Translations under genes and position numbers: made by a program
Assembly (NCBI GenBank): GCA_903936565.1
Contig: CAIZVZ010000001.1
Coordinates: forward strand, 95,905 to 159,904
Direction of reading: 5' to 3'
Length of the DNA stretch: 64,000 nt
Origin: an uncultured bacterium
GTDB lineage: Bacteria > Patescibacteriota > Minisyncoccia > Phycocordibacterales > CAIZLB01
Notes under the pieces: generated by a model
The model's database searches: none
What the model was told of the DNA's origin: nothing
Seen by the model: the letters and a program-made list of their open reading frames with translations, nothing else
Shown: positions 58,776 to 64,000 of the stretch, in pieces
Position numbering within the stretch: the stretch's first letter is position 1
Layout of the letters: every line of letters starts with the position of its first letter

Positions 58776-59867
58776 CTACTTATCAAACTTCACAAACTTT
58801 CCATCTTTAAAGATATGTAGTTCACTTACCAAGGTTCTCGAACCAGTCTTGTCGAAGGTTATCTTTCCAGACATTCCTTCTATTGATAGTCCGTCCCTTT
58901 CGAGTGCCGACTTCCAATCCTTCTTATTTGTACTAGCAAGAACCTTTCCTATAACTTGTACCGCATCATATCCATAAACTCCAAGGAAGTTTGGTTCTGA
59001 ATTGTAGGCCGCCTTATATCTTTGTAGATAATCTTTGCTTGTGTTGTCAGCAATCATTGTTGATAGACATCCTTCAAACGAACTATTGGTCAAGCCTTTT
59101 TTAAGATAGTCACCAATTGAAAGTTCAATGTTTCCATCACAAATTATTTGAGGCTTAGCACCTTTTGATTGCTTATTAACTTCGTTGATAAACTTAACAC
59201 CTTGATCAACTCCCAAGAAAACTGTGTATGAGTCAACTCCTTGATCAAGCATCTTTGAAACCTCCGTTCTAACGTCAGAGTTTGATGATACAGGAACCTC
59301 AATGTAGTCTTGATTATTCATTCCTTGAATCATCATATTCTTGTTTGTCATGAAGAGTTGCGAGTCTGATGCGTAAACAATTGCAACCTTCTTATACTTT
59401 CCAGAAACTTCCTTTCCTAAAGTTTTGAACAACTCTGTTGCCCAAGGTATTACTTCAAAGACATTGTCTTTCTCAACCGCAGATTCGTTACCAACAGTTA
59501 ACATCAACTCATCTGTTTGATTAATCTTTGGTTTAAGAACCTCAAGTGTTGGGCTTACAAGACCAACAACGATATCTACATTATCAACTGATTGTAATTT
59601 GTTGTATGCAGAAAGTGCTTTTGCTGAATCGTATTGATCGTCTTCAAATACAAGCTCAATATTATTATTTTTCAAATCTTTCAAGCTCATTTCCATTGAA
59701 TTTTTTACGCTTTCACCAAATGATGCGTATTGACCTGAAAGAGGTAGAACAACTCCAACCTTTATTTTGTTATTTGCCACTGGCTTGCTGCCGTTACTGT
59801 AAGATACAGTTCCCACAACAATCAGTATCAGAACCAATACCCCAATAATTATTTTTTTGTTTTTCAT
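58776..59867 (-). CDS. LivK-like type-I substrate-binding protein, signal-anchored, SBP-10 (tandem with SBP-9)
   Basis: It has IKVGVVLPLSGQYASFGE ... ELVFEDDQYDSAKA. The C-terminus ELHIFKDGKFVKFDK is nearly identical to that of SBP-5. Confidence 0.8.
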   Translation of the reverse strand: MKNKKIIIGVLVLILIVVGTVSYSNGSKPVANNKIKVGVVLPLSGQYASFGESVKNSMEMSLKDLKNNNIELVFEDDQYDSAKALSAYNKLQSVDNVDIVVGLVSPTLEVLKPKINQTDELMLTVGNESAVEKDNVFEVIPWATELFKTLGKEVSGKYKKVAIVYASDSQLFMTNKNMMIQGMNNQDYIEVPVSSNSDVRTEVSKMLDQGVDSYTVFLGVDQGVKFINEVNKQSKGAKPQIICDGNIELSIGDYLKKGLTNSSFEGCLSTMIADNTSKDYLQRYKAAYNSEPNFLGVYGYDAVQVIGKVLASTNKKDWKSALERDGLSIEGMSGKITFDKTGSRTLVSELHIFKDGKFVKFDK

Positions 59868-60068
59868 GTGATTTTGCGAAATCATGTCGCGCCTCCGTCC
59901 ATATGGCGCGACTCTGATTGATTAATTTTTAATAACTAAATTATGTAACAATTATGGAGTATTGTAAAATATGGTATTTTATGCACATGACACATATTCT
60001 ATCACTATATACAGCCCTATATTCCATATCGCTTGACGGAATTTCCGACAAAGTGGTATAGTTAACAC

Positions 60069-60920
60069 ATGAAATTAACCAAAGACTTGATAAAAATACT
60101 TGGTTTAACTGATTATGAAGTTACAATCCTCAAAGCCTTGAAGGAGAAAGAATTTATAATTCAAGATCTCGCTACACACACGGAGATACCAAGAACCTCA
60201 CTATACTATGCCCTACCCCACTTGGTGGAGCGTGGCTTTATCGAATCTTTTAGAAGAAGCAGGAAGACGTATTGGAGAAGTATATACAATGAGACCATTG
60301 ATGGATTCTTTGAAAAGCATAGATCCAACAAAGTTGAGATTGAAGAAGGCATAGTTGAGACATCTAACACGGGGGATAATTTCATCAAGAGAATTTCTCC
60401 AAGATCTAAGGTCTATTTTTACAATGGAAAGAATAAGGCTGTTAATGTTTTTAGAGATATGGAAAAGCTACCACCACACAGTAGATTCTACGGAATTCAA
60501 CCTGAAGCTTCAATTGTTGGTGGTATAAATCGAAACAGACTGGAAGATATCATTGATTTCAACAAGAGGGTCAAATCATCAAAATTTATCGTTGAAGGAA
60601 TCATCCACGAAAGCGGAACCGAGAGTATGGTCCAATCACTTTCCCCTACTGATAAAAAGAGACTACTTGATAGTTTCTCCGGAAGAAGCGCCGACACCGC
60701 AAAATTACCTGAAGGCTTTCTTAACGACACAAAGGCTGAGATTTATTTGTACGATAATAAGAAAGTTGCAATTGTTAACTGGTATGAAGACTTTGCTGTA
60801 ATAATTGAGAACAAAGATGTTTTTGATTTGTTAATTGAAATGTTTAAGTCCACAAAGTACATGTTGAAGAAATACGATCAGAACGAAAAGATTGCAAGAA
60901 AGTTAGTGGAGTTGGGATAA
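60069..60920 (+). CDS. TrmB-family winged-helix transcriptional regulator, R-7
   Basis: It has the HTH YEVTILKALKEKEFIIQDLATHTEIPRTSLYYALPHLVERGFI. The C-terminus ...SFSGRSADTAKLPEGFL...KYDQNEKIARKLVELG is paralogous to R-3. Confidence 0.7.
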   Translation: MKLTKDLIKILGLTDYEVTILKALKEKEFIIQDLATHTEIPRTSLYYALPHLVERGFIESFRRSRKTYWRSIYNETIDGFFEKHRSNKVEIEEGIVETSNTGDNFIKRISPRSKVYFYNGKNKAVNVFRDMEKLPPHSRFYGIQPEASIVGGINRNRLEDIIDFNKRVKSSKFIVEGIIHESGTESMVQSLSPTDKKRLLDSFSGRSADTAKLPEGFLNDTKAEIYLYDNKKVAIVNWYEDFAVIIENKDVFDLLIEMFKSTKYMLKKYDQNEKIARKLVELG

Positions 60921-61042
60921 AATTAGCAAAAGTAAAAGCCCTACTCTCTTCTCGAGGTTCGGGCTCTATCTTGATGTTTATGGGATATAACCAATGGCAT
61001 ACATTACCAGATGGGGATACCATCATTAGACGGCGGCGACCA

Positions 61043-61534
61043 TCAAGGAGTGACGGTAACATCAACCCCTTTATTTGCCTTAGACCTAGCTGGACGCAGA
61101 GCTACTGCATATACAGCAAGGCACTCCTCACAAGTTTCGCCATTCTTGAGTGTGCGGACTACAACCTTCCGAATAACCCTGACTGGGTCGCCTACTCGTA
61201 CATTGCCACGGAGGATAATATTGATCGGTTTGCAGTAGCCACCATCTACTTGATTTTCCAATAAGTAGTCTTTGGTCTCGTAATGAGACAAAATACCGCC
61301 GATGGGCATCTCGACGGTTGCTTTCCCAGTAGGATCAACACCGAGCAGCATCCCCCTTGTGGTGTATGTCACTTCATACACCACAGCCTTCTGTTTTTTA
61401 TCGTCGCAAGACATGAGGAAGCACGTCAAATTTCCGACGAAGATGAAAATGCAGATTAAGCTGCACGCTTGCGTGAAGGTCACGCGACCGTTTTTATCGC
61501 TGTTGTTAGCCATAGTCAAAGACTCAAAATGCAA
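61043..61534 (-). CDS. Hypothetical lipoprotein-like protein (163 aa), GC-rich
   Basis: It has a hydrophobic N-terminal segment ending in the lipobox-like FLMSC. Its composition is atypical. It is embedded in the array. Confidence 0.4.
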   Translation of the reverse strand: MHFESLTMANNSDKNGRVTFTQACSLICIFIFVGNLTCFLMSCDDKKQKAVVYEVTYTTRGMLLGVDPTGKATVEMPIGGILSHYETKDYLLENQVDGGYCKPINIILRGNVRVGDPVRVIRKVVVRTLKNGETCEECLAVYAVALRPARSKANKGVDVTVTP

Positions 61535-61755
61535 TCCGTACGATTGACACCCTTTATTTAATAGAATTTAAATCTTTAATTATAGCTAACAAGCACAATT
61601 CTTTTAAAGATCTTTATTTGCATTATCATATCCTCAAATACAGTTATGTCAAGTAATAAGTTGACATATTAGATATTGTATTACAACATTTTATTCGGGT
61701 TTTCTAGCCAAATGGGCAATGTTTATCAATAATGTGTACCTACAGATAAGATGCT

Positions 61756-62916
61756 TTAGATTTTAGCATCCACCATCTCCCCACCCACAACCCCCTTCAC
61801 AACAAACGCACCATCCTCGGTAATCACAAACCCCTTCTCATCAAAGACAATTTCTGGCATTGAAGATCCTTTAGTGAATTTTATTTTTGTAAGTTCATTC
61901 ATTATTCCTTCTCTACTCAATTCTCCGTCACTCGCCATCGCCTTCCTCATCGCCTCTGTAGCAACAAGCATTGCATCGTATGAAGTAACAGCACTTGGTG
62001 AAAGTGGTTTAGAACCAAACCTTACTGCGTACGCCCTTTCAAATTCCGCATATTTTGAATCTTGCCCTGGAGTACTGTAATAAAGGGAACCTTCGAGAGT
62101 CGGAGCGCAATTTGCCAACGCCTTAGGTGTTCCAGCTGATCCTGTTGAAAGAAGTGGTACATTTAAACCTTGATTCTTTGCTTGTTGAATAAACAGACAT
62201 TCTAAATCTGCGTATGACCCAAAGACAGCATCGGGATTTGACTGCTTCGCTTTTGCAATCAAGGTCTTGTAATCAGTATTAGCTAAATCATTTCCATATT
62301 CCTCACTAACAATTTCCACACCATAATCCCCTGCATATTTCTTCATCAAGTCCGATGTATATTTCCAAAATCCAAAGTTGGCAGGTTCTACAATTGCAAT
62401 TCTCTTATACCCATTCTCCTTTGCAAACTTTAGTATAGTCTTAATTCCAACTTCATCGGAATAGAATGTTCCAAAGAAATATGGTGAAGAAACTTTCTCT
62501 TCAACTTGAGGAGAAGAGTTTGGGCTGATTATTGGAATTTTCAAATCCAAAGATAATGGGACTGCAATTGAAGCAGAGTCATCCCACTGTGGGCCAACTA
62601 TCGCCAAGACCTTATCAACAGTCACAAGCTTTTGCACTGCCGATGAAGTAACCTTTAGCTTATCAATAGATACATCTTCACTTATCATCTCCAACCTCCT
62701 TCCACCCACTCCGCCGTTTTTATTCACATATTCAACAGCAAGCAGGGCTCCATTGCGCTCTTCTTGGCCGACATCAGATCCAAAGCCACTCAAGGCCGAT
62801 ATTTGCCCCACCTTGATGACTCCACTCTCTTTTAGGCCTTTATCATCAGAGAGATACAAATATCCTCCTAAAACCCCTATTAATACAATTACGGCCGTAA
62901 TATTTATTTTTTTCAT
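61756..62916 (-). CDS. LivK-like type-I substrate-binding protein, signal-anchored, SBP-11
   Basis: It has IKVGQISALSGFGSDVGQ ... GGVGGRRLEMISEDVSIDKLK. Confidence 0.8.
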   Translation of the reverse strand: MKKINITAVIVLIGVLGGYLYLSDDKGLKESGVIKVGQISALSGFGSDVGQEERNGALLAVEYVNKNGGVGGRRLEMISEDVSIDKLKVTSSAVQKLVTVDKVLAIVGPQWDDSASIAVPLSLDLKIPIISPNSSPQVEEKVSSPYFFGTFYSDEVGIKTILKFAKENGYKRIAIVEPANFGFWKYTSDLMKKYAGDYGVEIVSEEYGNDLANTDYKTLIAKAKQSNPDAVFGSYADLECLFIQQAKNQGLNVPLLSTGSAGTPKALANCAPTLEGSLYYSTPGQDSKYAEFERAYAVRFGSKPLSPSAVTSYDAMLVATEAMRKAMASDGELSREGIMNELTKIKFTKGSSMPEIVFDEKGFVITEDGAFVVKGVVGGEMVDAKI

Positions 62917-62954
62917 GATTACTATTGTTTAATTATTAATGTTGTTGTATTATA

Positions 62955-63734
62955 TTGGGTATGGAAAATAAAACAAACTCTCCACTTCTGGAGAAGAACA
63001 TAGGCTCAATCTTGAAGAGGCAGGGATTTACAAATAACGAAGTTTTGATTTATGAGTATCTACTAAAGAACGGCAGATCAAAATCCGGACCAATTATTAA
63101 ACATACCAAGGTAGCCAGCTCTGCTTTTTATGAAGCGGTCTCTTCCCTAACAAATAAAGGCTTCATTTCTTATGAGGTAATAAATAATATTAAATTCTAC
63201 AACCCAGAAACACCTGAGAGGCAAATCAATCAATTGCAAAATGATATTGGAGATTTGAAAGCAATTTCTGAAATGCTCGGGGAAATCACTTCCGCACAGC
63301 GCGATAGAAATATGATAAATGTATATGAAGGTAATTACGGATTCAAAAGAGCCTTCGAGGAATTTACAAAGAAAGTAAACAACAAAGATCAAGTTAAAAT
63401 AATTTCTTACAATACGGAATATGAAAAGCAATATGATTTTAGAAAGTTCTTCGTTAATCTTGATAAAGGTATACAAGAGCGAGGTGGTGTTGCAAAAGTC
63501 TTAATGCAAAAGGAGCTTCAGGGATTATTTAAGAAAGAAAGAGCTGGAATAAATATTTATGATATCAAGACTCTCCCCTCCAAATACTTTGGACCATGGG
63601 CAATAGACACAACCCCGCACGAGGTTCTAATCTCCATCATTTCAGATAACCCAGTTGCGATTAGTATTAAGCACCCAATCATCGTAGAGTCATTTAATAA
63701 GAACTTTGATTATTTGTGGGGATCGGCGAAGTAG
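62955..63734 (+). CDS. TrmB-family winged-helix transcriptional regulator, R-8
   Basis: It has the HTH-like segment NEVLIYEYLLKNGRSKSGPIIKHTKVASSAFYEAVSSLTNKGFI. It is more diverged than the other regulators. Confidence 0.6.
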   Translation: MGMENKTNSPLLEKNIGSILKRQGFTNNEVLIYEYLLKNGRSKSGPIIKHTKVASSAFYEAVSSLTNKGFISYEVINNIKFYNPETPERQINQLQNDIGDLKAISEMLGEITSAQRDRNMINVYEGNYGFKRAFEEFTKKVNNKDQVKIISYNTEYEKQYDFRKFFVNLDKGIQERGGVAKVLMQKELQGLFKKERAGINIYDIKTLPSKYFGPWAIDTTPHEVLISIISDNPVAISIKHPIIVESFNKNFDYLWGSAK

Positions 63735-63756
63735 TGCAACAAAATGGCTAGGCATT

Positions 63757-63788
63757 TAAAAAACAGACATTCGCATGTCTGTTTTTTA
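63757..63788. terminator. Bidirectional intrinsic terminator ACAGACAT-tcgc-ATGTCTGT followed by TTTTTTAAT
   Basis: Perfect 8-bp stem with flanking A and T runs, between convergent genes. Confidence 0.6.
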
Positions 63789-63809
63789 ATTAGCTGTTTA
63801 TTGCTGCTA

Positions 63810-64000
63810 TTATTTTATATCCACCAATTTTTTATTAACAAGCTCCATGATTGGTAGATTCAATCCATTAACCTGATGATTAACAAAATTGAATTTTCCA
63901 GTTAACCCCTTATAGTCTTTGATACCTTCAAGATATTTAACAATCTTGTCTGAGTTCTTACCATTCTCACTGAAGGCATTTATAAATAGATCTAATGAAT
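63810..64000 (-). CDS. C-terminal part of a further LivK-like SBP (SBP-12), truncated by the window end
   Basis: I translated the minus-strand frame by hand. It gives ...SLDLFINAFSENGKNSDKIVKYLEGIKDYKGLTGKFNFVNHQVNGLNLPIMELVNKKLVDIK*, which matches the C-termini of the other SBPs. Confidence 0.55.
   Translation of the reverse strand, partial: SLDLFINAFSENGKNSDKIVKYLEGIKDYKGLTGKFNFVNHQVNGLNLPIMELVNKKLVDIK

Noticed and set aside
1-64000. Alternative genetic code (UGA recoding as in Gracilibacteria and Absconditabacteria).
   Set aside because: Standard-code ORFs recover full-length housekeeping proteins (FtsI, MreB, TypA, PriA and others) without truncation.

Overview
This is an AT-rich, gene-dense bacterial window in the standard genetic code. 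Its gene content and compactness suggest a reduced-genome, Patescibacteria/CPR-like organism, but that is inference only.

Positions 1-38 kb are mostly minus-strand housekeeping genes:
- a truncated dcw cluster (mraZ-rsmH-ftsL-ftsI) that ends at a tRNA-Glu(CUC) and a GC-rich island;
- greA;
- an elongasome cluster (mreB-mreC-mreD-PBP2), rseP, frr and a Mur ligase;
- a beta-lactamase-fold hydrolase;
- a MacAB-like HlyD/FtsX/ABC trio;
- typA, an RRM RNA-binding protein, holB and a second mreB paralog;
- a priA homolog whose Walker A/B motifs are degenerate;
- def-fmt, hpf and a nitroreductase;
- several short, GC-rich hypothetical ORFs, each followed by its own GC-rich hairpin terminator.

Positions 38.8-64 kb hold the standout locus. 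It starts with livH and livF, followed by 10 complete membrane-anchored LivK-like (type-I periplasmic binding fold) substrate-binding protein (SBP) genes, plus one truncated by the window end. A twelfth SBP lies at 32.5 kb. Almost every SBP is divergently paired with a TrmB-family winged-helix regulator gene (8 copies). One slot is instead occupied by a KilA-N domain gene. There is a lone livG and no livM anywhere in the window. I regard this iterated SBP/TrmB cassette array as the most likely undescribed system here.

Other observations:
- a triple tandem palindromic operator-like repeat between mreB2 and priA;
- direct repeats flanking two small cassettes at 1-2.7 kb;
- a promoter-associated motif shared by two loci 32 kb apart.
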